NCBI GenBank assembly: GCA_963667015.2
Contig: CAXXJJ010000004.1
Span: 896,001 to 960,000 of the forward strand
Direction of reading: 5' to 3'
Length of the DNA stretch: 64,000 nucleotides
Origin: Desulfatiglandales bacterium
GTDB taxonomy: Bacteria; Desulfobacterota; DSM-4660; Desulfatiglandales; HGW-15
Positions within the stretch are counted from its first letter, which is position 1, and each line of letters starts with the position of its first letter. Below are positions 18,772 through 29,648 of the stretch, piece by piece. The notes beneath the pieces are model-generated. The model was not told where the DNA came from. It was given only the letters and a program-made list of their open reading frames with translations, and ran no database searches. Both the position numbers and the translations under genes were made by a program.

Positions 18772-20715
18772 ATGGCAACATGGCATGATTATCTTAAGGA
18801 GCAGCGACAACCCCCAAAATGGCCCTACCCTGTTAAATTCGGTGAAGAACAGGAAATAGAGACCGATGTCCTTATTATTGGCGGAGGAATAGCCGGCTGC
18901 TGGGCAGCAATAAGCGCTGCAAGGGAAGGTCTCAAGGTCACACTTGTTGAAAAGGGGGATACAATACGAAGCGGCGCTGGCGGGCCGGGTTGTGATCACT
19001 GGTGTGATGTTCCGGCTAATCCCCACTCTAGGGTTACCCCTGATGACTGGGCAAAACATATGGCAGACCGCCCCTATTCCAATGGTATAGGGCATCAGAT
19101 TCAGTGCCGTGAAGACTATGACACCCTTCTTGAGATGGAGCAGATGGGAGGGAAAATCCGTGACACTGACGATGAATATGTGGGTGCGGAAGGAAGATAT
19201 GACGATACAAAATTAATGATATCCCCCAGATATGGTACAATCCACAGCTTTGGCCCTGACCCCAATATGCTTGAACCCAACTTTAACCCGCCCGAAGAAA
19301 GAAACAATGTAGTTATAAGAATATGGGGAACCACCTTTAAACCAGCCCTTAAAAAGGAATGCAAACGCCTTGGCGTTCAGATATTCGACCGGGTTATGGG
19401 AACCAGCCTGTTAAATGAGGACGGGGTCCAGGGCTCACGTGTTATAGGCGCAACAGGCATAAACAGCAGGACAGGAGAGTTCATGATCTTCAAGGCAAAG
19501 GCAACTGTAATATCTACCGCCGGGGGCGGAATGATCTGGCAGATGAGCACAGAGCTTTGCGGATATTCAACCATGTATAACCGCGCCATGTCAGGTGACG
19601 GGACCATAATGGCATACAGGGCCGGCGCAGAGCTTGTTAACATGGAGGCCACGGGTGCAATACGCATAGCAACCGGCTGGAAGCACAAATGGTACTCGGG
19701 CGCAGGTGATGCCAGCTATGAGAATGTCCCGATTGTTGATGCGAAGGGTAAAAGGGTGCCCTATCCGATACAAGGCTGGGAAGATGCAGGGGCCATGTCG
19801 GCCCTTCCACATATTCAGGAAAAAATCAATAAAGCTGTAAAAAATGGAGAGTATGAGCTTCCCCTTTATGGTGACTGGCCTTCAATGTCCGATGTTGAGA
19901 GAAGATCCACATGGGACCTGATGCTAAAAGAAGAATCCACAACAAAGATAATTATGGATACCTTTAACCAGGCAGGATTTGACGGAAGCAGAGACCTTCA
20001 GCAAAGCTACAAACATATAGAAGGCCAGAGTCCTCCGCAGTGGCGGGAACCCTTTCATGGCGGCGGCGTTATGATTGACTGGGACCTCAAGACAACTATT
20101 GACGGCCTATATGCCGCAGGAAACCAGATGTTCTCACCCGAAGATCACAGCCATGCCGCCTCAACAGGCAGATACGCCGGCAGAAAAGCTGCGGCATATG
20201 CAAAGGAGACCGGCAGCAGCACGATTTCACGTGACCAGATAGAAAAGGAAAAGGCCAGGGTCTATGCCCCTGTCAAGCGTGATTCGGGTATTGAATGGAA
20301 GGAATTCCATGCAGGTCTTGCAAGGACAATGCAGTACTATTGCAGTGAATTCAAGACAGAACGGCTCTTTAACATGGGGCTCTGGGCGCTTGATAAAATT
20401 GAGCGGGAAACAGTTCCCATGCTCTATGCCCTTGATCCCCACAAACTCATGCGCACCCTTGAAGACCTTACAATGCTGGAACACGCAAAGGTTATTCTCA
20501 ATGCGTCACTCGCCAGAAAGGCAAGCAGCATGATGCTTGGATTTAACAGGATAGATTATCCTGAAATGGACCCGCCCGAGTGGAACAAGATGCTCACCAT
20601 ACGGCAGGAAAATGGAAAAGCAGTCACAGGCGAAGTTCCGCAGGGATTCTGGGGCAACCAGAAGGAAGAGTATGAGAAGAGGAACAGTGACTATCAGGGG
20701 GTATATAGAGGATAA
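18772..20715 (+). CDS. FAD-dependent oxidoreductase, AprA/SdhA-like flavoprotein (paralog 1)
   Basis: DVLIIGGGIAG, VEKG...RSGA, GDG..MAYRAGAEL, GLYAAG, R.DYPE. Confidence 0.85.
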   Translation: MATWHDYLKEQRQPPKWPYPVKFGEEQEIETDVLIIGGGIAGCWAAISAAREGLKVTLVEKGDTIRSGAGGPGCDHWCDVPANPHSRVTPDDWAKHMADRPYSNGIGHQIQCREDYDTLLEMEQMGGKIRDTDDEYVGAEGRYDDTKLMISPRYGTIHSFGPDPNMLEPNFNPPEERNNVVIRIWGTTFKPALKKECKRLGVQIFDRVMGTSLLNEDGVQGSRVIGATGINSRTGEFMIFKAKATVISTAGGGMIWQMSTELCGYSTMYNRAMSGDGTIMAYRAGAELVNMEATGAIRIATGWKHKWYSGAGDASYENVPIVDAKGKRVPYPIQGWEDAGAMSALPHIQEKINKAVKNGEYELPLYGDWPSMSDVERRSTWDLMLKEESTTKIIMDTFNQAGFDGSRDLQQSYKHIEGQSPPQWREPFHGGGVMIDWDLKTTIDGLYAAGNQMFSPEDHSHAASTGRYAGRKAAAYAKETGSSTISRDQIEKEKARVYAPVKRDSGIEWKEFHAGLARTMQYYCSEFKTERLFNMGLWALDKIERETVPMLYALDPHKLMRTLEDLTMLEHAKVILNASLARKASSMMLGFNRIDYPEMDPPEWNKMLTIRQENGKAVTGEVPQGFWGNQKEEYEKRNSDYQGVYRG

Positions 20716-20752
20716 ATAGGTTTTCCCTGTCTTCAGAATAAATTAGTGAATA

Positions 20753-20788
20753 AAGGGTTCCGGGGGCCAAGGGTTCTAGGGTTCAAGT
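20753..20788. repeat. Octamer-type (AGGGTTC.) intergenic repeat, half element
   Basis: AAGGGTTCCGGGGGCCAAGGGTTCTAGGGTTCAAGT; similar to 63139-63211. Confidence 0.55.
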
Positions 20789-20856
20789 AAAAGCTTAAAA
20801 ACCAATTTTGAATATTGAATATTGAATTTTAAATATAATTTTATCGGAGGTTAACT

Positions 20857-21153
20857 ATGTCTCAAAATGAATTATTCGCCATTCCAAATGTAACCACACC
20901 CAATCAACCGGTTATTTTCAATCCGGAAAGGTGCAACGGGTGCAACCACTGCGTGGAAGTATGTCCCATAGATGTTTATATCCCTAACCCCGAAAAGGGA
21001 AAACCGCCGATTATTCTTCATCAGGATGAATGCTGGTATTGCGGCTGCTGCGCAAATGACTGTCCCAGGCCCGGTGCAATAAAGTTCAACTGGCCTTTAC
21101 AGTCACGCGCCTACTGGAAAAATAAAGAAACCGGTGAAATCGGACAGATATAA
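20857..21153 (+). CDS. 2x[4Fe-4S] ferredoxin, AprB-like
   Basis: CNGCNHCVEVCP and ECWYCGCCANDCP..GAI. Confidence 0.85.
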   Translation: MSQNELFAIPNVTTPNQPVIFNPERCNGCNHCVEVCPIDVYIPNPEKGKPPIILHQDECWYCGCCANDCPRPGAIKFNWPLQSRAYWKNKETGEIGQI

Positions 21154-21165
21154 GGGGGGATTATT

Positions 21166-23109
21166 ATGGCAAACTGGCATGATTATTTAAAGAGCAATGG
21201 AACACCACCAATCTGGCCCTACCCTGTTCGATATGAACAGGAAAATGAGGTGGAATGCGACATACTGGTAGTTGGCGGCGGAATAGCAGGCTGCTGGGCA
21301 GCAATAAGCGCTGCAAGACAGGGTCTTAAAGTTGCACTGGTTGAAAAGGGTGATACCATAAGAAGCGGTTCAGGTGGACCGGGTTGTGACCACTGGTGCA
21401 ATGCTCCGGCAAATCCTCTTTCCCGTGTTGATCCTGATGAGTGGGCAGTTCACATGGCCGACAGACCCTATGCCAACGGGATAGGTATACAGATTCAGTG
21501 CCGTGAAGACTATGACACCCTGCTCGAGATGGAGCAGATGGGCGGCAAGATACGTGACACTGATGATGAATATGTGGGAGCGGAAGGCAGGGATGACAAA
21601 ACCAAACTCATGATTTCACCACGCTACGGGACAATACACAGTTATGCACCGGACCCCAATATGGGAAAACCCGGATTCAATCCCCCGGAAGAGCGAAATA
21701 ACGTTGTTATCCGCATATGGGGTTCAAACTTTAAACCCACACTAAAAAAAGAGTGTAAAAGGCTGGGGGTACAGATATTCGACAGGGTCATGGGAACCAG
21801 CCTTTTAACAGAAGACGGCATACAGGGCGGCCGGGTTATAGGAGCAACGGGTCTGAACAGCCGGACCGGCGAATTCATGATATTTAAATCAAAGGCTACT
21901 ATTATATCCACTGCCGGAGGAGGGTCCATATGGCTCATGAACAGTGAGCTCTGCGGAATGTCGAGCATGCAGTCCCGAACCTCATCAGGAGACGGCTTTA
22001 TAATGGCCTGGAAGGCAGGGGCCGAACTGGTTGATATGGAATCCATGGGTATGATAGGCATTGCAACCGGCCTTAAGCACAAATGGTATACCGGGGCCGG
22101 TGACGCCAGTTATGAAAATGTTCCCCTTGTTGATGCCAACGGCAAGAGGGTTCCCTTACCGATCCAGGGATGGGAGGATGCGGGCGCAATGGTCCCTACC
22201 CCTGAAACACAGGCAAAAGTCCGCGAAGGTATCATGAAGGGGGAATATGAACTTCCCTTTTATGGTGACTGGCCCTCAATGTCTGATGTAGAGAGGAGGG
22301 CCACGTGGAACCTGATGCTGGGAGAAGAATCCACAACAAAGATAATAATAGACACATTTAACCAGGCAGGTTTTGACGGAAGCAGGGATCTTCAGCAGAG
22401 TTACAAATTCCTTGAAGGCGAGAGTATGCCACAGTGGCATAGTCCCGGCAGAGGAGGTCTGCTGGTTGACTGGAACCTTAAAAGTTCCCTTGACGGACTT
22501 TATGTTGCAGGCTCATCAATGTTTTCACCTGAAGATCACAGCTATTGTGCTGCAACAGGAAGATATGCAGGAAGAAAGGCTGCCGCATATGTAAAAGAGG
22601 TAGATCATGGCAGGGTATCCAGGGATCAGATAGAAAAGGAAAAGGCCAGAGTATATGCCCCTGTGAGACGTGATAACGGTATTGAATGGAAAGAACTGCA
22701 TGCAGGACTTGCAAGGGCCATGCAGTATTATGCAAGCGAATTCAAGACCGAAAGACTTTTCAGGATGGGACTGGGCGCACTTGAAAAGATAGAAAAGGAA
22801 GCAGTTCCAAATCTTTATGCCCTTGATCCCCATAAACTCATGAGAAGCCTTGAAGACATTTCCATGATAGAACATGCAAAGATCATACTTAATGCATCTA
22901 TTGCAAGAAAGGCCAGCAGCAAACCGCTTGGCTTTGAAAGAATAGACTATCCGGAAATTGATCCGCCTGAATGGAACAAATACTCCACAATAAAACTTGA
23001 AAACGATGAAATAAAAATCAATTACAGGCCGCAGCAGTTCTGGGGTAATATGAAAGAGCAGTATGAGAAATATAACCGGGATTATGAGGGGGTATATAAG
23101 GGAAAATAA
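21166..23109 (+). CDS. FAD-dependent oxidoreductase, AprA/SdhA-like flavoprotein (paralog 2)
   Basis: Same length (647 aa) as 18772-20715 and shares long identical blocks with it. Confidence 0.85.
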   Translation: MANWHDYLKSNGTPPIWPYPVRYEQENEVECDILVVGGGIAGCWAAISAARQGLKVALVEKGDTIRSGSGGPGCDHWCNAPANPLSRVDPDEWAVHMADRPYANGIGIQIQCREDYDTLLEMEQMGGKIRDTDDEYVGAEGRDDKTKLMISPRYGTIHSYAPDPNMGKPGFNPPEERNNVVIRIWGSNFKPTLKKECKRLGVQIFDRVMGTSLLTEDGIQGGRVIGATGLNSRTGEFMIFKSKATIISTAGGGSIWLMNSELCGMSSMQSRTSSGDGFIMAWKAGAELVDMESMGMIGIATGLKHKWYTGAGDASYENVPLVDANGKRVPLPIQGWEDAGAMVPTPETQAKVREGIMKGEYELPFYGDWPSMSDVERRATWNLMLGEESTTKIIIDTFNQAGFDGSRDLQQSYKFLEGESMPQWHSPGRGGLLVDWNLKSSLDGLYVAGSSMFSPEDHSYCAATGRYAGRKAAAYVKEVDHGRVSRDQIEKEKARVYAPVRRDNGIEWKELHAGLARAMQYYASEFKTERLFRMGLGALEKIEKEAVPNLYALDPHKLMRSLEDISMIEHAKIILNASIARKASSKPLGFERIDYPEIDPPEWNKYSTIKLENDEIKINYRPQQFWGNMKEQYEKYNRDYEGVYKGK

Positions 23110-23149
23110 GTAAATCTGTGAGATAGTCTAGATTTAATCGGGAATATGC

Positions 23150-23176
23150 GGGCGGCCACAGGGGGCCGCCCCTGCA
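23150..23176. repeat. REP-like GC palindrome
   Basis: GGGCGGCC-acaggg-GGCCGCCC-CTGCA; similar layout to 53938-53962. Confidence 0.5.
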
Positions 23177-23386
23177 ACATCAAACATTGTTTTTCTCCAA
23201 TTATACACCACTTTCCAAATAAAAATATACAGGTTCAAAAACAGACCTTAATCTATTCTTAATATTAATACACATCTAATTAATTTAAACCCAAACAACA
23301 AAACTCTTTCCTTTACCGTCCTTTTTCTAGTATGGTGCCGCAGATTAATTTTCGAAAAAAAATCAGCAGGATATAAAAAAGAATAG

Positions 23387-24754
23387 ATGGAAAGAAAAAA
23401 ATACAATAAAAGTGTCCTCGACACAGATCAGATAGGACAATTACTGTTAAAATTATCAACGCCTGTATTTTTTGGCATGTTTGTCCAGTCACTTTATAAT
23501 GTAATAAGTGCTGTCTTTATTGGCCATTATGTTGGCCCCTTTGGGATAGCTGCGCTCTCCCTTGCCTTTCCCCTTCAGATGATGGGGATGGGACTTGGAA
23601 TGATGTCAGGTATAGGAGGAATGTCTTTAATCTCCAGGTCTTTAGGATCAGGAGAAGAAGACAGGGCGGAAAAGGCGCTTGGCAACGGTATCGCCCTGGC
23701 AGTGATATTGAGCGCACTTATTGTTATCGGCCTGATGCCTTTCCTCTCATTCTGGCTCAGGCTGATGGGTGCATCAAATAATGTTCTCCCCTATGCACAG
23801 GAGTACATGATTTATGTTACTCCCGGTTTTATATTTGTCATAATAACCACCTCACTGCTTAACTTCACGCGGGCCGAAGGAAATGCCAGGGTAAGCTCCA
23901 TTGCCATGGTGCTGGGTGCGCTTATAGATATTGCCCTTTGTTTTATTTTTATAGTCTGGCTGAAAATGGGTGTTAAAGGAGCAGGCCTTGCGACATTTAT
24001 TGCCCAGTTATGCTCTATGGTTTACCTTTTTAATTTTTACAGGTCCGGAAAAAATTATTTAAATATCAGGTTAGTCAATTTAATACCGGACATTAAAATA
24101 ATGAAGGAAATTTCAGGGATTGGTCTTGGCGCATTCATTCAGACTTTTGCCACCAGCCTTGCCGCCATGACCCTGTTCAAGATGGCTGTAAACTACGGCG
24201 GGGACTATGCCCTCAGTGCATTTGGAATCGCTCAGAGAATACTGATGTTTATAACCATGCCGGCAATGGTGCTCAGCCAGGGAGTTCAACCCATACTTGG
24301 TTTCAATTACGGGGCAAAACGTTTTAAACTGGTTATAAAATCAATGAACCTTGCAATAGGGTGGTCCCTTGTTTTTGGAACAGCAGGGTTTCTGGCCGTA
24401 TATTTTACCCCGGAGCCCTTTATAAGGATCTTCACCGATGACCCCGAACTTATAAAAATAAGTATAGCTACAAACCACCACATGTTCATGGCCCTGCCCC
24501 TGCTTGGCCCGCTTCATATCGGCACCATGATATTTCAGGCCATAGGCAGGGCAAAACAGGCATTTATAACCGCTATTGGAAGGCCTGTTTTATTCCTTCT
24601 TCCCTCTGCCTTGATCTGGACACATTTTTTCAAATTAAAGGGGGTCTGGCTTGCATTTCCGTCAACGGATGTCCTGACATTTATACTTGTAACCGTACTT
24701 ATGCTGCCAATCTTAAAAGAATTCAGAAAAGGCGCATCTCAGACTCAGATATAG
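23387..24754 (+). CDS. MATE family efflux transporter (MepA-like)
   Basis: ~12 TM segments; RAEGNA, QPILGFNYGAK, FQAIG. Confidence 0.9.
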   Translation: MERKKYNKSVLDTDQIGQLLLKLSTPVFFGMFVQSLYNVISAVFIGHYVGPFGIAALSLAFPLQMMGMGLGMMSGIGGMSLISRSLGSGEEDRAEKALGNGIALAVILSALIVIGLMPFLSFWLRLMGASNNVLPYAQEYMIYVTPGFIFVIITTSLLNFTRAEGNARVSSIAMVLGALIDIALCFIFIVWLKMGVKGAGLATFIAQLCSMVYLFNFYRSGKNYLNIRLVNLIPDIKIMKEISGIGLGAFIQTFATSLAAMTLFKMAVNYGGDYALSAFGIAQRILMFITMPAMVLSQGVQPILGFNYGAKRFKLVIKSMNLAIGWSLVFGTAGFLAVYFTPEPFIRIFTDDPELIKISIATNHHMFMALPLLGPLHIGTMIFQAIGRAKQAFITAIGRPVLFLLPSALIWTHFFKLKGVWLAFPSTDVLTFILVTVLMLPILKEFRKGASQTQI

Positions 24755-25068
24755 CGGAGAAGAAAGATTGAACATGAAGGCTGAAATCCGAAACCGATTC
24801 CGGGGTTTTCGGATTTCACAAAAGAATATGACACATATTGATTCAAAGACCAAACTATTATATAAAGACGGTTATTAGTATTCAAAAACAGGGGGATATT
24901 GTTCAAATGAATATAACGGGTTCCCATAGGCGTCTTTACATGTAGTCATTCAGACGCCCCCCTTTTTTTATTTCAGATATATCAAATTGCCTCCTGCCCT
25001 TTCTTGTTAAATATGGAAGGCAGTATTAAAAATATAACTCTTTGAGCCTAAAGATCCGGGAGATTTAA

Positions 25069-26997
25069 ATGAAACAATATGGTTATGCCGGAAATATCCT
25101 GAAAGCGGACCTGTCAAGCGGCAGTATAAGTACCCTTGAGACTTCAGATTATTCTGACAGATTTATCGGAGGCAGAGGAATTGCAGCAAAACTCTACTGG
25201 GACTTTGTTCCCCCCGAAGCAAAGGCCCTGGACCCGGAGAACTGCCTTATATGTACAACAGGACCAGTGGCAGGTTTTAACGGGTTTGCAGGATCACGAT
25301 GGCAGATCTGCGGAAAATCGCCCCAGGGAGACAGAGAGACCTTTTCATATGCCAACCTCGGTGGAAGATGGGGTATAACGCTCAAATACGCCGGATATGA
25401 CGGTCTGGTAATACAGGGAAGAGCTGATAAACCGGTATACATTTATATAAAGAATGACACGATCGAAATAAGGGATGCTTCACAGTTATGGGGCAAGTCG
25501 GCCTTTGATACTTCTGACACCTTAAAAAAGGACCTTGGAAAGGATTTCAGTGTCCTCACAATCGGTAAGGCAGCAGAAAATCTCGTAGTTTTTGCCACAA
25601 TACTTGCGGAAGACGGCTCTTCCGGGTCGGCAGGGCTTGGTGCGGTCATGGGTTCAAAGAACCTGAAGGCTGTTGTTGTTGCCGGAGATAAAAGACCGGA
25701 GGCTGCAGATAAGGATAAATTAAAGGACCTGGCAAAACAGATCCGGGAAATCCATAAAATAGCCGATCACGACGAAGGCATGTGGAAGATAAATGATTCA
25801 TTTAAAAAGCATATCTGCTATGGCTGCGGTATCGGATGCGGCCGCTATAAATACCCGGATTCAAACGGTAAAAAACGTAAATCCTTCTGCCAGGCGATGA
25901 TGTTTTACCTAATGCCTATTCTGGCATATTCCGGGAAGGACAACCCCGAGACGCGAATGCTTGCCTCCAGGCTATGTGATAACTATGGACTGGATACCTC
26001 TGTAATGCACGGGATGGTGGAGTGGCTCTCCCACTGCCATAAAGACGGCACCCTGACCGAAGAAGATACAGGCCTCCCGCTGTCAAAGATAGGAACGTCT
26101 GAATTCATTGAAATCCTCACGGAAAAAATAGCCTTAAGGCAGGGTTTCGGGGATCTTCTTGCAAAGGGGACCATAGAGGCTGCCGAATCCATAGGTGAAG
26201 ATGCTAAAAAACACCTTGGATATTGTGTGGCTACCAGAAACAGCGAAACAAAGGATTATGATCCAAGGCTCATGCCTGCAACAGCCCTTATCTATGCAAT
26301 GGAACCACGAAGACCAATTCAGACACTCCATGAACCGGTATCACTCCTGTTCAACTGGGTAGATTGGGCAAACAAAAAAGAGAACGCCTATTTCTCAAGC
26401 GAGGTTTTCAGGAAGTATGCAAAACGAATCTGGGGAAGTGAAGAGGCTGCTGATTTTACCAGCATGGATGGAATAGCCCTTGCATCAAAAAAGGCCCGCG
26501 ACAGGGCCTATGTAAAGGAGAGCCTGATCCTGTGTGATCTGAGCTGGATGTCAATTTGGGCCGACTATTTCACAAGACATATAGATCAGCCCGCCCTTGA
26601 ATGGCAGATATTTTCCGCTGTAACCGGAATAGATGTGGATGAGGCGGGACTGAACAGGCTGGGAGAAAGAAACGTCAACATACAGAGGGCAATTCTTCTA
26701 AGGCAGGGATGGGATGGAAGAAACGACGATCAGATGATGGATTACTATTTCACTCAACCGCTTAAAAAAAGGGAACTCTTCTGCGATCCTGAATGTATAG
26801 TCCCTGGCAAAGATGGTGAGATTGTATGTGTGGAAGGCAGGACATTTGACAGGCATGACTTTGAAAAACTGAAGGACGACTATTATGAACTTCGCGGCTG
26901 GGATGTTGAGACAGGTCTGCCAAAGGCCGCAACACTCAGGGATTTTGGCCTGGAAGATGTTGCCATGGATCTTGGAAAGCGTGGATTGTTAAAATAG
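25069..26997 (+). CDS. Aldehyde:ferredoxin oxidoreductase family (W/Mo-pterin) protein
   Basis: GYAGNIL..DLS, IGGRG, LKYAGYDG, GLGAVMGSKNLKA, CYGCGIGC, YYELRGWD..TG.P. Confidence 0.9.
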   Translation: MKQYGYAGNILKADLSSGSISTLETSDYSDRFIGGRGIAAKLYWDFVPPEAKALDPENCLICTTGPVAGFNGFAGSRWQICGKSPQGDRETFSYANLGGRWGITLKYAGYDGLVIQGRADKPVYIYIKNDTIEIRDASQLWGKSAFDTSDTLKKDLGKDFSVLTIGKAAENLVVFATILAEDGSSGSAGLGAVMGSKNLKAVVVAGDKRPEAADKDKLKDLAKQIREIHKIADHDEGMWKINDSFKKHICYGCGIGCGRYKYPDSNGKKRKSFCQAMMFYLMPILAYSGKDNPETRMLASRLCDNYGLDTSVMHGMVEWLSHCHKDGTLTEEDTGLPLSKIGTSEFIEILTEKIALRQGFGDLLAKGTIEAAESIGEDAKKHLGYCVATRNSETKDYDPRLMPATALIYAMEPRRPIQTLHEPVSLLFNWVDWANKKENAYFSSEVFRKYAKRIWGSEEAADFTSMDGIALASKKARDRAYVKESLILCDLSWMSIWADYFTRHIDQPALEWQIFSAVTGIDVDEAGLNRLGERNVNIQRAILLRQGWDGRNDDQMMDYYFTQPLKKRELFCDPECIVPGKDGEIVCVEGRTFDRHDFEKLKDDYYELRGWDVETGLPKAATLRDFGLEDVAMDLGKRGLLK

Positions 26998-27019
26998 GAG
27001 AAAGGCGGTTAATATAAAA

Positions 27020-28711
27020 TTATACCTTATACTTTCCAAACATCTCATTCATATTATTAGCCAGGTTTTTTAATTTATTAGCGTTATTATTGACATTTGA
27101 ACTCCTGTTAAATATTTCATCGGCTGTTGAGCTTATGGAATCAAGACCTTTTGAAACGTCATTTAAAACGCTGGAGCTGTCTTCAATATTATTCGAAACC
27201 TCTCCTATTCCCCTGGCTACCTGTGTGATACTGTCTGAGATTTCCCTGGTGGTTTCTGCCTGTTCATCTGCCGCGGCAGCAACATTTGATACCACACTAT
27301 TAACATCATTAATAACCTTCAGGACATTATTGATCTCTTCTATTGTCAATCCTGTTGATTTCTGGATACTTTCAATGCTTGTTTTTATTTCCCGGGTTGC
27401 GGCCGCTGTCTGCCTAGCAAGATCCTTAACTTCATTGGCTACAACAGCAAAACCCTTTCCGGCTTCACCTGCCCTGGCCGCCTCGATCGTTGCATTAAGA
27501 GCCAGGAGATTTGTCTGTTCGGAAATTTCAGCAATGGTTTCGGTTATCTTGTTAATGTCCTTTGCGGCTTCTCCAAGGTTTCGAACCCTTTCGGATGAGT
27601 TTTGGGCCTGACGAACCGCTTCAGTACTTATATCATTGGCTCTCACCGTGTTTTGAGCAATTTCTTTAATCGTGGAAGACATCTCTTCCGTGGAACTGGC
27701 TATGGTATTAACACTTTCAGAAGTCCCTTTTACTGCAATGGCCACAGTAGAGATGTGTTCATTAACCTCTTTGGTTGATGAGGTTACCTGACTCAGGCTT
27801 GCAGCCATTTCTTCCACACCCTTTGACATATCATTGGATATTCCTGCAAGATCAACAGAGGAATCAGTCAGTGTAGCAACATCTCCCCTGACACTCTTAA
27901 ACATGCCCTGCAGTTTCCCGACAAAAAGGTTGAATGCCTCTGACAGTGCCCCGATTATATCTTTGCTTGCTTTAAAATTAAGGCGTTTTGTCAGGTCTCC
28001 TTCCCCTTCAGCCATATCCCTGAGCATACCAAGTGTATTCTCAAGCGGCCTGATTACCAGGCTTGATATGAGATAAGATATTGCAATTCCCAGAATAGAT
28101 AAAATACAGACCAGTAAAACAAGACTGTTAATAATTGTCGATTTCCGCATCGAGGATACTGTAGAAGCTGCCTGGGCCTCGGCATCATTTAGTGCCGCCT
28201 TTGAAAACCTTAGACTTGTAACTCCTCCGCTTTCTCCAGCTTTCCAGGAGGTGTGGCATCGCACACAATCACCGTTAACCGGCTGCTTCCTGAATACATG
28301 AATCGCATCATCCTCCCACAGGATGCAGACACCCTTATTTTCCTCAAGCTGTTTATCATAACTCTCCGGCATTTTTTTACCGATAAAAGAATTATCTGTT
28401 GAATGTGTTACGACCCCGTCTCTGTTATAAAGAGAGAACTCCAGCAGACCATTTATTCCTTTTTGGGCCTCAAGTGTTTTTGTAAATTTCAGCATCTCTC
28501 CGCGTTCAAGTGACCCAGCCACAGCCCTTTCGACAGAGTTATGAATATTGCTGACAAATCGTTCCTCTCGGTCTTTTAAGATCTTAATATTTTCATTGGA
28601 GAACCCGGAAATATGTTTTTTTATTATATTCAACTGTATGAGCTGACCAATGCCTATTACAAGGGTCATCACAGCAAGTAATGTAAGCACAACCTTGGTA
28701 TGCAGTTTCAT
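27020..28711 (-). CDS. Methyl-accepting chemotaxis protein with periplasmic heme-c (CxxCH) sensor
   Basis: TM1, periplasmic DCVRCH, TM2, [38 protein letters not shown]. Confidence 0.92.
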   Translation of the reverse strand: MKLHTKVVLTLLAVMTLVIGIGQLIQLNIIKKHISGFSNENIKILKDREERFVSNIHNSVERAVAGSLERGEMLKFTKTLEAQKGINGLLEFSLYNRDGVVTHSTDNSFIGKKMPESYDKQLEENKGVCILWEDDAIHVFRKQPVNGDCVRCHTSWKAGESGGVTSLRFSKAALNDAEAQAASTVSSMRKSTIINSLVLLVCILSILGIAISYLISSLVIRPLENTLGMLRDMAEGEGDLTKRLNFKASKDIIGALSEAFNLFVGKLQGMFKSVRGDVATLTDSSVDLAGISNDMSKGVEEMAASLSQVTSSTKEVNEHISTVAIAVKGTSESVNTIASSTEEMSSTIKEIAQNTVRANDISTEAVRQAQNSSERVRNLGEAAKDINKITETIAEISEQTNLLALNATIEAARAGEAGKGFAVVANEVKDLARQTAAATREIKTSIESIQKSTGLTIEEINNVLKVINDVNSVVSNVAAAADEQAETTREISDSITQVARGIGEVSNNIEDSSSVLNDVSKGLDSISSTADEIFNRSSNVNNNANKLKNLANNMNEMFGKYKV

Positions 28712-28712
28712 T

Positions 28713-29636
28713 TCAGTCCTCCTTGATGCCTAACTTTTCATTTTTGCGATAAAACGGGAATGAGGCCTTCAGAGCGAATTCTTCGGATGCACAGCCAATG
28801 CATGGTCCTCCGGCAGGAATGCAGGAGTTTATCCGTGAGTTCCAGTACCTGAGAGTGCAGTCTGCATGCGTGTTTGTGCCGACACAGCCAAGTTTGAAAA
28901 GACAACCGTCATCGGAAAAGGATTTCGCAAAATTTTCCCTTTCGTATTCGGGAAAACGCGGACACTGGTCATGTATAAGCTTTGAGTAGAACATTTTAGG
29001 CCTTCCTTTGCCGTCAAGAGGCGGGATGCCGAATTTTAACAGGTAAGCAAGAGTCCCGACAAGCCAGTCAGGATGGACGGGACAACCCGGAAGTGCTATC
29101 ACAGGTTTATTGATATTTTCTTTCTTGATAAATTGCGGGACACTGACTGCCCCTGTAGGATTATTTTCTGCCGCAGGAATACCTCCGAAGGCCGCGCATG
29201 TACCTACTGCGGCTATTGCGGTGGCGTTTTCCGATGCCTTTTTTACGAGATCAACAATAGATTCATGGCCCATCATACATGCCTCGGGCATACCCGCGGA
29301 AATACTCCCTTCAACTACCAGCAGGTACCCGCCCTTTTCAATACTCTTTTTTACAACATCCATTGCAACATGGCCTGTTGCAGTAGACAGGGTCTGGTGA
29401 AATAAGAGAGACATATATTCAGTAATAAGGCTTACAGGACCCGGATCTTCGGAATTAAGAAGTGACACGGAACAGCCTGAACAGCTTTGTCCCTGCAGCC
29501 ACAGTACCGGTTTTGTATTACCTGCAAGTTGTTCAAGCGCCTGTGCCAGGCCCGGAACTGTAGTAGAACCAAGCCCCATCAAGGCCGCAAACTTACCGCC
29601 CAGCGCCAAAAATTCTCTTCGATTAAAATTACGCAT
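28713..29636 (-). CDS. [NiFe] hydrogenase small subunit with Tat signal
   Basis: [40 protein letters not shown]; no C-terminal TM anchor. Confidence 0.93.
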   Translation of the reverse strand: MRNFNRREFLALGGKFAALMGLGSTTVPGLAQALEQLAGNTKPVLWLQGQSCSGCSVSLLNSEDPGPVSLITEYMSLLFHQTLSTATGHVAMDVVKKSIEKGGYLLVVEGSISAGMPEACMMGHESIVDLVKKASENATAIAAVGTCAAFGGIPAAENNPTGAVSVPQFIKKENINKPVIALPGCPVHPDWLVGTLAYLLKFGIPPLDGKGRPKMFYSKLIHDQCPRFPEYERENFAKSFSDDGCLFKLGCVGTNTHADCTLRYWNSRINSCIPAGGPCIGCASEEFALKASFPFYRKNEKLGIKED

Positions 29637-29648
29637 AAAATGCTCCTT

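Noticed and set aside
18772..23109. Assigning aprA/aprB symbols
   Set aside because: Active-site region motifs differ from dissimilatory AprA and the sat/qmo context is missing.
24880..25068. Moco/tungsten-cofactor riboswitch upstream of the AOR gene
   Set aside because: Hairpins are present but I could not match the conserved motif; an Rfam scan would be needed.
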